Shown one piece after another: positions 1 through 13,549 of a stretch of 64,000 nt of DNA; the first letter of the stretch is position 1, and every line of letters begins with the position of its first letter. The stretch spans positions 152,830,001 through 152,894,000 of the forward strand of contig NC_042997.1 of assembly GCF_006345805.1 (NCBI RefSeq), written 5' to 3'. The DNA comes from Octopus sinensis (Eukaryota). Position numbers and translations under genes: made by a program. A model generated the notes under the pieces. The model was not told the origin of the DNA and did no database searches. It saw only the letters and a list, made by a program, of their open reading frames with translations.

Positions 1-432
1 TGGGCAAACACAAATAAACCACGTGTTCACATACCAAGCCAACATTCAGCTTATCTCAACCATCTTTGAGTTATTTAACTTGCATCTTCTGATGATGATG
101 CAAGAGCCGTTGCTGCTGCTGCTTCTACTACTACTACTACTAACAAAACCAACACCACCACTAACAACAGCCACTACCGATCTCGTTGACATCTCTATTA
201 CAGTCAGCTGTATACCTAACCCTTCCCTAGCGGATGTTCTTGCAGATGGGAGTGCTTTAGCTGAAGTGTTGTAATTTCAGCGAAACAAGTGCTATCTGCA
301 ATGCAGTATGCATAGTGAAGGGCTGGAAATGTAGGTGGTTTACTCAATATTGTTGCTACAGATATACGTTTCTAGGAAAGGAACCCCCGACTGAAATCTA
401 TATGCACTGGTCAACTGGTAAACGCATATATG

Positions 433-641
433 TTTCTTTATTGGCCACAAGGGGCTAAACATAGAGGGGACAAACAAGGACAGACAAACGAATTAAGTCG
501 ATTACATCGACCCCAGTGCGTAACTGGTACTTAATTTATCGACCCCGAAAGGATGAAAGGCAAAGTCGACCTCAGCAGAATTTGAACTCAGAACGTAACG
601 GCAGAATAAAAAATACGCTACGCATTTCACCCGGCGTGCTA
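433..641 (-). mobile_element. tRNA-derived SINE family A, tailed subfamily
   Basis: Reverse complement shows the B-box GAGTTCAAATTC, the central GCCTTTCATCCTTTCGGGGTCGATAAATTAAGTACCAG block and the tail ending GGCCAATAAAGAAA; many near-identical copies in the window. Confidence 0.9.
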
Positions 642-683
642 TGTGACTGCGAACTTAAATGTGGCGATTGCACAAACAGTCTA

Positions 684-3068
684 AGGCGATAAGCTGGCTG
701 AATCGTTGCACGCCGGGCAAAATGCTTAGCGTTATTTCGTCCGTCTTTATGATCTGAGTTCAAATTCTGCCAGTGTCTTTCATCCTTTGGGAGCCGATAA
801 AATAATGAACAGTTGAACACAAGAGTTGTTATAATCGGCTTAGCTACTTCCCAAAATTTGCAACCAATATTACACAAACAGTGGGCGGTGGATTGGACGA
901 ATCGTTAAAGTATTGGAAAAAATACCTTTAGGATATTTGTTCCAGTTCTTTATATTATAAGTTCAAATCCCGCCGAAGTGAATTTTACCTTTCATCCTTT
1001 CGACGTCGAAAGATTAACTACCGCTGAAGTATTTGTGTTCATAGTGTCCACCTTCTTCTTAAATTTCTGGTGTTGTGACTATGTTACAAACAAAGAAGGG
1101 CGTTGGATAGACAGAATCATTAAAGCATCAGTCAAAATACTGCGGTGTTTCGTTACGGTTCTCTACACTCTGAGTTCAAATCAAATCGAGGTCAACGTTT
1201 GTCTTTAGCCGCTCCAGTGTCGATAAAAAAAATACCAGTCAAATACCTACTTCAACATTTCAGGTCTTGTGCGTATATTCGAAACACTATCGTGTACGCA
1301 GTGCGATTCGGCCGTGATACAGCCGAAGCAAAGAGCAATTCTTCATGTGGGCCCCATTACTTACGATATACCTTGACCTATGCAGGACCATGAACCATGT
1401 GAACTGACGTTATTGCTCTTCTTGCTTTCATTGCAGCTGTTGTTGTTAATAATGTCTATATTATTTTGTTATTATTATTGTTGTCGTTATCGTAAAGGTA
1501 ACGAGCTGCCAGAATTGTAGCACTCTAAGCAAAATACTTATCGGCATTTCTTCTGACTTTTCGTTCTGAGGTTAATTTGCTCTTCATCTTTCCAGATCGG
1601 ATAAAATAAATTCCAGCTGAGCACTGGCGTCGATGTAATCGACTTACCTACTTCCTCGAAATTGCTGCCCATGTATCAAAATTTGAAACAATTCTTGTTG
1701 TTATCGTAAAGGCAGCGAGTTGACATAATCGTTAGCACGCTAGGCGAAATGCTTAGCAGTATTTCGTTTGCCGCAACGTTCTGATTTTAAATTCCGCCGA
1801 GGTCAACTTTGCCTTTCATCCGTTCGGGGTCGATAAATTAAGTACCAGTTGCGCACTGGTGTCGATGTAATCGACTTAATCCCTTTGTCTGTCCTTTTTT
1901 GTTTCCTCTATGTTCAGCCCCTTGTGAGCAATAAAGAAATAAGAATCGTTAGCACGCTAGGCGAAATGCTTAGCAGTATTTCGTTTGCCGCGACGTTCTG
2001 AGTTCAAATTCCACTGAGGTCGACTTTGCCTTTCATCCTTTCAGTGTCGATAAATTAAGTATCAGTGAAACACTTGGGTCGATGAAATCAATTATGCCCC
2101 TTCCCCACATTTCAGGCCTTGTGCCTATAGTAGAAAGAATCGTTAGCACGCCAAACAAAATGCTTAACGGTATTTCGCCTGTCTTTACGTTCAGAGTTCA
2201 AATTCCACCGAGGTCGTGTTTTGCTCTTCATCCTTTCGGGTTCGATAAAATAAGTTCCATTTCAGCACCGAGCTCAATGTAATCGACTAGACTCCTCACT
2301 TAAAATTTCTCGCCTGGTGCCTACAGTAAAAGAAGTAGGGTTCTTATCATTATTGTTACAGCTGTTGTTGTCTTTATTATTGTTTTCAACGCGGCAAGCT
2401 GACAGGATCGTTAGCATGTCGGAAAAAATGCTTAGCGGCATTTTGTCCGTCTTTACGCTCTGAGTTCAAATTTCACCGAGGTCGGCTTTGCTTTCATCCT
2501 TTCGGGGGTCGATAGAATAAGTACCTGTGAAGCACTGGGGCGATGCAATCAACTATCTCCTTCCCACAAAATTTCAGACCTTGTGCCTACAGCTGAAAGG
2601 ACCATTGTTTTTATTGTCAAGACGACGTGTTGGCTGACGAGTTAGCACGTCAGACAAAATGCTCAGCAACATTTCGTCCATCTTTACACTCCGAGTTCGA
2701 ATTGCGCCGTTGTTCGATCCTTTCGGGGGTCTACAAAATAAGTACCAGTTGAACACTGAAGTTGATGACCGAAACAAGTAAAAGAGTAAAAGCGTTATTT
2801 TTGTTATCGTTACTGCCAAAGTAACTGTTTTGGTTGTTATTACAGTTAGCGTTGTTGTTAGTCTAACTGTTGTTACTGCCAATGTTACTGCTGTCGTTAT
2901 TGCTATTATCGTTTGCTCTTACTCTTGTTATTCTGTGATGGTTTTGTTGTGTCAGTGTTACCATAGTCACTATACCTTATATACTGCTGACATAGTCACT
3001 GTTGTTGCTATTGCTGTCTTCGTCGTTACTAATGCTGTTGTTGTTCTTGCTGCTGCTGCTGCTGCTGC

Positions 3069-3107
<39 letters not shown>

Positions 3108-3109
3108 CG

Positions 3110-3140
<31 letters not shown>

Positions 3141-3145
3141 TGTCG

Positions 3146-3176
<31 letters not shown>

Positions 3177-4215
3177 AATAAAGGCTGTGAGCTGGCGGAA
3201 ACGTTAGCACGCCGGGAGAGATACTTAGCGGTATTCCATCTGCCGCTACGTTCTGAGTTCAAATTCCGCCGAGGTCGACTTTGCCTCTCATCATTTCGGG
3301 TTCGATTAAATAAGTACCAGTTACGCTCTGGGGTCTATATAATCGACTTAATCCGTTTGTCTGTCCTTGTTTGTCCTCTCTGTGTTTAGCCCGTTGTGGG
3401 TAGTAAAGAAACAGAAATAGGTATTTCGTCTGCCGTTATGTTCTGTGTTCAAATTCCGCCGAGGTCGACTTTGCCTTTAATACTTTCGAGGGTCATTAAA
3501 TAAGTACCAGTTACGCACTGAGGTCGATATAATCGACTTAATTCGTTTGTCTGTCCTTGTTTATCCTCTCTGTGTTTAGCCCCTTGTGGTTAGTAAAGAA
3601 ATAGGTATTTCGTCTGCCGCTACGTTCTGAGTTCAAATTCTGCCGAGATCGACTTTGCCTTTCATCCTTTCGGGGTCGATAAATTAAGTACCAGTTACTC
3701 ACTGGAGTCGATGTAATCGACTTAATGTGTTCGTCTGTCCTTGTTTGTCCCCTCTATGTTTAACCCCTTGTGGGCAATAAAAAATAAAAATCGTTAGCAC
3801 GGTTAGCAAATTGCTTTTGCGGCATTTCGCCTGTATTTACGTTCTTAGTTCAAATTCCGCCGAGGTCGACTTTCCTTTTCACCCTTCGGGGTCCATAAAG
3901 ATAAGTACCTGTTGAGCTATGGGATCAATGTAATCGACTTCCCTAAAATTTCTGGCCTTGTGCCAAAACTTGAAATCATTATTATGATTGTTAAGACGGC
4001 GAGGTTGCAGAATCGTTAGCACGCCAGGCACCAAGGCTTAGCGGCATTTCGTCTGTCTTTACGTTTTGAGTTCAAATTCCGCCGAGGTCAATTTTTCCTA
4101 TCTTCTGTTAGGAGTCTATAAAGTAAAATACCAGTCAAGTACAGGGGTCGACGTAATCGACAGATCCTTCCTCAAAAACTGCTGGCCTTGTGCCAACATT
4201 TGAAATCTCCATTAT
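684..4215 (+). mobile_element. Head-to-tail array of roughly 15 SINE family A copies of mixed age
   Basis: Repeated AATCGTTAGCACG...GAGTTCAAATTCCGCCGAGGTCGACTTTGCCTTTCATCC units (e.g. 1706, 1944, 2140, 2390, 2625, 3190, 3421, 3604, 3790, 4005) separated by TTA/TTG tracts. Confidence 0.88.
3061..3177. repeat. (TTG)n/(TCG)n microsatellite
   Basis: Direct reading; source of the poly-V/N/Q ORFs. Confidence 0.97.
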
Positions 4216-4539
4216 TATCATTATTGTTATTATTGTTGTTAGTGTTGCTGTTACTGTGTTCGTTGCCATCATTACAGTTACTGTTACTTGTGTTGTTATT
4301 GCTTTCATTGTTACTGCTATCGTTGTTGTTGTTGTTGTTATTGTTACCGTGCTATCTCTAGTAGCCAACACCCAAGTATAATCAACAAGGTTGCCATGGC
4401 ATTGTTGCTCTTTGTATTGTAACCACTCTCCTCTGACAAGTTCTTCCTCTCTTCTTTTCTCCGTTGCCTTTCTTACCTTGTCTTCTTTTCTCTCATTCTT
4501 ACATTCTTTGTGTTTTTTAATTCTCCCCATCCATCCATG

Positions 4540-4540
4540 C

Positions 4541-4621
<81 letters not shown>

Positions 4622-4635
4622 AATCTATCTATCTG

Positions 4636-4683
<48 letters not shown>

Positions 4684-5431
4684 CTATCTATCTATCTATC
4701 TCGCTATCTGCCCAGCTGTTTTTTTATTTTTTTATTTTATTTTTTTTTGTTCTTTTCTTCCCTTTTACGATCCCTCTTGATCGAAAACCTACGCCACCCC
4801 CCTTTTTTTGTTTCTTTTGTTTTTTGTTTTTTTCATCCCCCAAAAGAAAAGCTCTACCTTGTAACTTGTCCCATCTGTGTGCAGCCCTGTGTGGCCAATA
4901 AATAAACTTATCTTCCTTTCTATATATCTACCAATCTATCGCTTTTCGTTTGTTTATTATCGTTTCTCACCTTGTCTTTATCTCACCATAGGTCTGGTCT
5001 TTTCCACTAATTTCTCTTCCCTTTCATTTTGTCTTTCTCTCTTAATGTCTTTATCCAGCTTTTCTACCTTACTTTTTTCTTAATTTTTTCACCTTTCTAA
5101 CAAACTTTATTTACTACTTTCTTTTGTCTCTCATCCTTTTCTTTTTTCACTCTTTTTCATTTTGTTCTTATATTTTATCCTTTATTTAATTTTTTCTTAC
5201 TATTTTCCCTTCTTGCTTAGTTTTCTCCATTTCCTCTGTCTTTCATTCTATCAATTTATCTATCCTCTCTCTTTCTGCCTATTTATCTCCCCCTCACTCC
5301 TTTACTCTCATTTTCTTTCTCTCTATGTTGATATATATGTATATAAATTTTCACATTCTCTCTCTCCATCCATCCATCCAGCCAGCCAGCCAGCCAACCG
5401 CCCAACCATCCATCCACCCATCCATCCATCC

Positions 5432-5508
<77 letters not shown>
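4540..5508. repeat. (TATC)n microsatellites (4540-4700, 5433-5508) in a pyrimidine-rich low-complexity tract
   Basis: Direct reading; source of the IYLS-repeat ORFs. Confidence 0.95.
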
Positions 5509-5509
<1 letters not shown>

Positions 5510-5650
5510 GTCTCAGTATCCATTTATCAATCTATCTCTTTATCTATCGTTATTTTCTTTTTTTTTTCTTTCTATTTTTACTTCAGCGATATTTCATTTC
5601 TTTCCTTCTCTCATTCCATCTTTGTTTTATTATTTACTATATTTCTACTT

Positions 5651-5857
5651 AAGGTGGCAAAACTGGTAGAACCGTTAGCACGTCGGATAAAATGCTTTGC
5701 AGTATTTCGTCCGTCTTTACGTTCTGAGTTCAAATTCCGCCGAGGTCGACTTTGGCTTCCATCCCTCCTGGGAGGATAAATTAAGCACCAATTAAACTCT
5801 GGAACTTCGACTTCAACCCTGCTTCGAAATTACTGGCTTTGTGCCAAAGTTTGAAAC
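5651..5857 (+). mobile_element. SINE family A
   Basis: AAGGTGGCAAAACTGGTAGAACCGTTAGCACG...GAGTTCAAATTCCGCCGAGGTCGAC. Confidence 0.85.
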
Positions 5858-6317
5858 GTCCCATCATTATATTTCTGCCTGCCTCTTCTCTTTCTCTCTT
5901 TCTTTCTTTCTTTCTCTCCCTCACCATATCTCTATAGGCACTTTCTTTCCTTCTTTCATTTTATTTGCTTTTTAATTAGGTATTTATCTCTTTCCTTCTT
6001 CGCTTCCGTATGTTATTTCATTCTTTTCACCTGTTCTTTCTTTTATTGAAAATTATCTGTCTTTGACTTCTGGACTTATATATATATTTTCCTTCCTTCC
6101 GTCTTTCTTTCTTCCTTCCGGCTTTTTCTCTTTCTTCTTTTGTTCAGTCCATTTCTACTTTATTCTTGCCTTATTACCTCATTTCATTTTTCTCTTCCTT
6201 TTACGGCTTCTGATATTACCTCTTGTCCCTTCCTTAATTACATTCTTCCTTCTTTTCTTTATCTTTCTTTGTTTGTTCTTTTCGAACTTTATGAATTCCT
6301 GATACCGATAAGTACTC

Positions 6318-6400
6318 ACCACCACCACCACCACCACCACCACCACCACCACCACCACCACCACCACCACTACCACCACCACCACCACCACCACCACCAC
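6318..6400. repeat. (CAC)n microsatellite
   Basis: Direct reading. Confidence 0.97.
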
Positions 6401-6790
6401 CATTATCTTTAACTCCACTACCTGTTCTAACTTTACCATTTAAACCAACTACAACGCCTGCACTACTTTCTTCCTCAGTGTATCACTGCCAATCGTTCCA
6501 TCATTACCATCAATGTTACCTTCAACCCCAATATCACCATACCATCACCAGCATCAACTACCCTTCATCACTGTTAGTACTAACCACACCATCATCGATA
6601 CCACCCATAACTTCATCATCACCTACGACATCATTTTCTGTAGCTACTATATTATCAGTAGTACCAACCTTATCATTACTGCCAGCAACTATACCATCAT
6701 GAACACTAACCATAACATCGTCACTACCAACGAAATAATCCTTTCCGATTACCGTATGATCATATCTTCCTCAAATCACTCACTGATTTG

Positions 6791-7157
6791 AGGGGAGTAG
6801 CTGTGTGGTAAGTAGCTTGCTTACGAACCACATGGTTCCGGATTCAGTCCCATTACGTGGCAAGTTGGGCAAGTGCCTTCTACTATAGCCTCGGGCCGAC
6901 CAAAGCCTTGTGAGTGGATTTGGCAGGCGGAAACTGAAAGAAGCCCGTCGTATATATGTATATATATAAGTACGTGTGTATATATGTTTGTGTGTCTGTA
7001 TTGCCCCACTCCCAACATCGCTTGACAACCGATGCTGGTGTCTTTACGTCCCCGTAACTTAGCGGTTCGGTAAAAGAGACCGATAGAACAAGTACTAGGT
7101 TTACAAAGAATAAGTCCTGGTGTCGATTTGCTCGACTAAAGGCGGTGCTCCAGCATG
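6791..7157 (+). mobile_element. tRNA-derived SINE family B (CORE-like domain, internal TA/TG microsatellite)
   Basis: A-box-like AGCTGTGTGG, B-box-like GATTCAGTCCC, CORE-like TTGGGCAAGTG, 3' block ending AAGGCGGTGCTCCAGCATG; about 14 copies in the window. Confidence 0.9.
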
Positions 7158-8929
7158 ACGTAGCCTTGGAAGCTCTGTACCTGACTTACAACGTTGTGCC
7201 CTTATAGAGTTATGTTCGATTAAGGTTGATATGAGGCTCAAAGCAGTAAAAATATTACACCTCTCTAATACGCATTAAACAACGCTAGAACCACAGGAAT
7301 ACTAATGGCCATTCAACTCACACTCTGCTGTCTTATAAAAACAGAACTGTTGGGCAAATGCGGGATGGTCTCGGACTGACCATTTTGACCTAATATGTAT
7401 TCGATAAACGATGGCCTAGGAATATACAGCGTCATCAACAACAGCAGCAATTATCCATCATCATCATAAATTCCTGCTGTAGTAGGACTGCAACCACTCC
7501 ATTTACGAACATCAACGCGAGCCTTCGTAAGCTGGGGTTAGATTAAAGTGCATCGACGCTTCTGGGCAACTATTGTACACTCTAGGCTCTTTTGATGTCT
7601 AAATGACAAAACAATTAAATTCAGTCATAATAATATTGAGACATCATAATTAAAAATTTAGTTTCTACCCACAACTATCTTAATTATGAAATGTCTCTTT
7701 TTCTTTTTTTCTACTTTGAAGTTTGTTCGTCGAACACTAAATAGCACTAATGAATATGAGCAAAATATTTACCTGTAACTAGGGTGAGCGAAAAAAGAAT
7801 CTTTTCATCACTTAATTTTTTATACATTATAAGGTCCTTTTAAATTGTATGTTTAGTTTCTTTGCAAGAAAATTACCTTGCTAGAAATGTATTCTCTTTC
7901 ATCTTCGTACATTAATTAAATAACAGACACCACATTCATTTTTAATTCAAAATTTAATTACTTTCATCTATTATAATTAGTTTCTTAGTATTTGCAAACA
8001 GAACTATTTTGACATTTCGGGTTTCATCAGCGCAAAGTGTTTTCAAAGTACATTGAGTATATCATATTTAGTAAGTTGAGAAAAAATTGCTAATATTTAC
8101 CATTTGCACTCTGGTAAATTAGCCACTAAAAAATGAAACAGGTTCTGTTGCATTCTCTTATTCTGATGATTGGCCCCGTACTTACTTTGTTTAATGGCTA
8201 ATCTGATCTTTCCACCTGCACATCTGAGTCGCTACCACTATCACCGTAGGCAGAGGGCTGCAATAACAGCAGAATCACAGCAATCATTAAAGGACCATCT
8301 TGTCTAACCTAAGCATCATCACCATCATCATCATCATCATCATCATCATCGTCGTCGTCGTCGTCATCAACATCAACATCCTCCTCCTCATCATCATCAT
8401 CATGGACATCGTCATCATCATCACCAGTAGAACTTGGATAACAACCATCACCATTTCAGATTGGAACAAGCCAACAACAAGGGGACCCCAGCATGATCAT
8501 TCGTTCTGTTTAAAATAACAGCCAATTCTCCTCAAATCATGACTTTGACACATCTCCGCAATTCGCCCAGATTCTTCGGTGTCTCCTACTGGAAACGTTA
8601 AGCAATTTGATCTAGATACCTCTATCAAGCAGCAAGCAATCCATATTTACATATACATATATGATATGTGTAGGAGGGCTGTGTGTAGCTGTATGTGTCT
8701 GTATGTGTGTGTACATCTGTATGCGCGCGCGCTCGTGTGTGTGCGTAGATAATGTGTTGGTGTATCTTAGAATAAAGTAAGAAAAGAGGATAATGCTGCT
8801 ATTTAGGGAAGACAAGAGGATAAAAATAATAAAACAAAAGAGAAAGAAATAAGATAAGATAAAATGAAATAAGAATAAAAGGTAGTAAAATATCAGAAGA
8901 AATAGGGGTGTTTAATTTTCTATAAAATG

Positions 8930-9192
8930 CTTATTTACTTGTTTCAGTCATTTGACTGCGGCTATGCTGGAGCACCGCCTTTAGTCGAGCAAATGTTGGG
9001 GAGGGACAAACATATATATACACATATATACGACGGGCTTCTTTCTGTTTCCATCTACCAAATCCACTCACAAGGCTTTGGTCGGCCCGAGGCTATAGTA
9101 GAAGACACTTGCTCAAGGTGCCACGCAGTGGGACTGAACCCGGTACCATGTGGTTGGTAAGCAATCTACTTACCACACAGCCACGCCTACGC
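8930..9192 (-). mobile_element. SINE family B, internally deleted
   Basis: Reverse complement of family B head and 3' tail with the middle missing. Confidence 0.85.
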
Positions 9193-9517
9193 CTTTTATA
9201 TCCTACAAAAACACATTACAGTAAGTGATTCTGGTTCCTAGGATTATGCTCAAGGTGACTCCGTCATTCAACGTACCATCCTTGCTACGTTCACCCATTT
9301 TTATTGAAACATTTGCTAGACAAAGCTTCCCTCTCTACTCCCACCTTCCTTTAGATACATCGATAGCTGGATGGAAAGATAACTTTGAATTGCAGTCCAT
9401 GTGACGGGCTCCCACAGTTCAATCCATTTTTTTCACAAGATTCAAGTAATTTCATGGCTATGATAAAAGACACTATTAGGAGCCACACAGTGAGACCGAA
9501 TTTAAGACGCAATAATG

Positions 9518-9601
<84 letters not shown>

Positions 9602-9844
9602 ATGCATATGTGAATAAAATACGTAAGAAGGATGTCCAGGTGCCAGTGCATTACGGCCGTTTAAAGCGGTTTCATTTATTCGATCAATGAAAACATTGCA
9701 TTAATTTGAAATAAACCGCACTCCTCGGTTGTAGAGGACCATGTAGTTTTGGAAATGTATATGGTTGTCTGCGTCCGGACTATACCGAACTGCTTGGTGC
9801 CTCAATTTAAGTAGCCAATCCGACTGAATTTTAATTATTTCCTT

Positions 9845-9876
<32 letters not shown>

Positions 9877-9891
9877 ATATATATATATATA

Positions 9892-9926
<35 letters not shown>

Positions 9927-9927
9927 G

Positions 9928-10016
9928 TATTGGCCTGCCCGCTTAGCCAGCGGGGTGGCATCATTTGAAGGCTAAAACAATGCGAAGCGCATTGTGACCA
10001 GCAATGTGTAGCAACA

Positions 10017-10021
<5 letters not shown>
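9928..10021 (+). mobile_element. Short LINE 3'-end-like fragment in (TA)n
   Basis: Discrete non-TA island ending CGCATTGTGACCAGCAATGTGTAGCAACATCTGA inside a TA tract; LINE-tail assignment is from recollection. Confidence 0.45.
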
Positions 10022-10073
<52 letters not shown>

Positions 10074-10419
10074 CATATATATATGTATTACGTATACATA
10101 CATACACATATATGTGTGTGTCTGTGTGTACGTATGTACGTATTTATGTTTTATTATTTTCCCTTACCTATTTCAGTCCTGTTGACTGGGCCATGCTGGA
10201 GCACTGCCTTGAAGGATTTTAGTGGAACAAAGGGGCCCCGGGACTTATTTTTCTTAAGCTTAGTACTTATACTATCGCTCATTTTTGCTGAACTGCTAAG
10301 TTACGGGAACGTAAACACACCAACACCGATTATCAAGCGATGATGGTGGAACAAACACTGACACAAAGGCACACATATATACATACATATATATATATAT
10401 GTGTGTGCATGTCTGTGTA

Positions 10420-10450
<31 letters not shown>

Positions 10451-10451
10451 C

Positions 10452-10842
10452 ATGCAAGATTTCTTTGAATGAACAGCACATGGATTTAGTATCTGTACAT
10501 TATACTTTTGTCATAATAAAATATAAACTCCTATCGGAATTTACATACCATGGACAAGAAGCCTCTTTACACAAAACATTCCTTGGATAATGGAACAGTA
10601 GCTTTAACATTCAACATATTTCTTAATTCTCATATTTCTCTTTATACATCCTATATCTCTCCCTTTCTAAAATAACTTCTCATATTGAACTCTACTATTT
10701 CCTTCCATTTAACACTCTCATATTGTCTCTGATGATGGGATATCTTTTATATCCCTGAAACAGCTGTAAGACTATCATTCTCTTTATAAATACCCTAGGA
10801 ATTACACATTACTTTGGCTTTGTTGTCTCATTTTATTTAACA
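10452..10842 (+). mobile_element. Penelope-like (PLE) terminal-repeat-type fragment carrying a hammerhead
   Basis: Non-SINE island between (TA)n and (CA)n containing a minimal type-I hammerhead, a known feature of PLE terminal repeats. Confidence 0.6.
10725..10772 (+). ncRNA. Minimal type-I hammerhead ribozyme motif
   Basis: gtct-CTGATGA-t-gggatat/ctttt/atatccc-t-GAAA-cagctg-TA-agac: stem I 4 bp, stem II 7 bp, palindromic stem III ACAGCTGT, GUA cleavage triplet after 10768. Confidence 0.75.
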
Positions 10843-11894
10843 CTCACACACACACACGGACACGCACACACTCACACACACATATTCACACAACGGGTTT
10901 CTTTCAGTTTCCGTCTACCAAATCGACTCACAAGGCTTTGGTTGACTATAGTAGAAGACGCTTACCCAAGGTGGCACGCAGAGGGACTGAACCTGAAACC
11001 ATGTGGTTGGCATGAGAGCTTACTACACAGCCATGTCTGTGCCTGTTTGTATGCAAATATTTAATTTTCTATTAAAATTCTCATGTTGGTCTCACAATTG
11101 GCAGCTATTTGCAAAACGTTTATCGTAGTTGACCATGTTATGAGTTTCTGTGAATACCTCTGATTCCAGATCTGTTAAACTTTGACTTGTCTTGGACTAA
11201 ACAATTAATGGCATCATCTACCTTTCCTCTACCACCACAAATAACTTTGACATGATACTGGTAACTCTACTGTCCTCTTCCTTCCCACAAAACACCACCA
11301 CCAATTACCATCGACCCAACCGAGGATCTTCTTCGTGGTCACTCGACTTGCAAAATACACAAAATGTCCCTAAAATACAACTAAATCTCCCTAAAATCGC
11401 ACACTACTATTTTAGAAAATAAAAAGGGGTGCTCCAGTATGGCTGCTTTTTATCACTAGAAACAAGTAAATAGTAAGATAATTCATCTTTAACGTTTGAT
11501 CTCGAAGTAGATTAAGCCTTTTTAATCTATCTAAAGGTTTTTCAAATCAAATATACAAACGCTAATATGTATAGCTTTACCCTTTAATTCTCGTTCTTCC
11601 GAAGTTTCTAAATACTTATGGTGAAAGTAAATTAGCAACACAAAAGTTATCCTAGGCTTCCTACATATAAGAAATATATGGGCTGATTACTGTTGGAATG
11701 TTTACGTATATAGGTTTTTTCGATTAGGACTGATTCGGTACAGAGCAAAACCAACAGGCATTCCGGTTCTTCTAGCCATCACCACATAGATAATCACAAT
11801 AGACATGGCTACGATCTTTACAATCATTATTCAAATCACAAACTGTTGCTGTCACTCATAAAATCGATTATAGTTTGTTAGTATGTACCATGCT

Positions 11895-12150
11895 TCTGCC
11901 TATTGTTTTATGTGCGAATGTAGTCACAAGCCGACATAGAGGCACCATTCTCAGTATTCCTATCTCGGGGCCCAGCAGACTATGGAAGACGAAACGCCTG
12001 AAGGGAAACAGGGCGCTGGTCCAGCACTCGGCTGGAATTCATTTCCATCAGCATAAAATAAATTGCCTTGCTGAAGAGTATGACGAACAGCCCAGCCCAG
12101 GGATCGAACTTATGATCGTGAAACCAACACTCTAACCGCTAGGCTAACGA
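11895..12150 (-). mobile_element. Older tRNA-derived SINE (family C-like)
   Basis: Reverse complement GTTAGCCTAGCGGTTAGAGTG...AAGTTCGATCCC...CAGCAAGGCAATTTATTTTATG. Confidence 0.65.
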
Positions 12151-12227
12151 TATAACAATCATTGTTAAAAGTACTAACACTACTATGAAGACTTCCATCA
12201 GTTTTAAACCGCCGTAATAATAGTACC

Positions 12228-12451
12228 TATTTCTTTATTACCCACAAGGGGCTAAACATAGAGGAGACAAACATGGACAGACATAGGTATTAAGTCGATT
12301 ATATCGACCCCAGTGCTTAACTGGTACTTAATTTATCGACCCCGAAAGGATGAAAGGCAAAGTCAACCTCGGCGGAATTTGAACTCACAACGTAACGGCA
12401 GCCGAAATACCGCTAAGCATTTCGCCCGACGTGCTAACGATTCTGCTAGCT
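12228..12451 (-). mobile_element. SINE family A, tailed, with 18-bp TSD
   Basis: CGCCGTAATAATAGTACC at 12210-12227 and 12452-12469. Confidence 0.93.
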
Positions 12452-12939
12452 CGCCGTAATAATAGTACCGTCGCCGACATCGGCGCTAGTGCCGCCATAC
12501 TACCACCACCACTAGTAACAACACCAACACCATCGCCATCACCACCATCTCCACCGCTGGTTACCACCACTGCTTCCGTCAGCGCCTCCACCATCACGAC
12601 GAAAGCAGCACCATCATCCTCCAAATGCCAGCTTCTCTGCCATACCCACCACCTCACATCCTCCGCCACTACCATTACTCTAACACATCATCAATCAACA
12701 CACTTGCTACTGCTGCCGTTGCTGCTGTCGATGCTGCACCAGCTGCTGCTGCAACTGTTGCTGTCATGACACATGTTATAAAGCGCTGCTGTATTTACAT
12801 TCGGCTCCAGTCCATTCCACGATAGCACATGTAAAAACTCACCTCTGTTTTCCTTCTTATTCACTTCCACATTCATGTGGTTGCTCTTGTAAGCCAATAT
12901 TCTTTTTTCCTGTTGCTGCTACTGCTGCTACATCTGTTA

Positions 12940-13305
12940 ATTGTTGTTGTTGTCGTCGTTGTTGTTTTGTTGTTGTTGTTGTTGTTGTTCTTCTTCTTCT
13001 TCTTCTTCTTCTTCTTCTCTTCTTCTTCTTCTTCTTCTTCTTCTCCTTCTTCTTCTTCTTCTTCTTCTGTTTTTTTTTTGCTGTTACTGCTGCTACCACT
13101 ATTTACCCATACTTCATCTTTCTCTACTACTACACTACTACTACTACTACTACAACAACAACAACAACAACAACAACTACTACTACTACTACTCTACTAC
13201 TACTACTACTACTACTACTACTAATAATAATAATAATAATCATAACAATAATAATAATAATAATAACCACAACACCAATAAAAATTATAACAATAATAAT
13301 ACAAT

Positions 13306-13341
<36 letters not shown>

Positions 13342-13502
13342 GACTCATACTAATAATAATAATAACCACAACACCAATAATAATTGTAACACTAATAATA
13401 CAATTACTACTACTACTACTAATAATAATAATAATGATAATAACAATAACACCAATAATAAATATAATAACAAACAATAATAATACAACAACAACAACAA
13501 CA

Positions 13503-13549
<47 letters not shown>

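Larger units (their letters stand above)
10140..11042 (-). mobile_element. SINE family B split into a 3' half (10140-10385) and a 5' half (10868-11042) by an insertion in its internal microsatellite
   Basis: Both halves are co-oriented and collinear with the intact copies at 15353 and 18037. Confidence 0.8.

Noticed and set aside
684-4215. CRISPR-like or tRNA-gene array
   Set aside because: Units are ~200-nt SINE copies of variable divergence, not short identical repeats with unique spacers; heads have A/B boxes but no complete cloverleaf
8007-8036. Minus-strand CTGATGA-aaccc-GAAA-tg-TC hammerhead look-alike
   Set aside because: No stem II and no adjacent stem I pairing; at best a decayed remnant
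8186-11607. Further minus-strand micro-exons (11581-11607 ETSEERELK; 8186-8215 GGKIRLAIKQ) in frame with MSK
   Set aside because: Donors are plausible but acceptors are weak, and short open frames arise by chance; not supportable without RNA-seq
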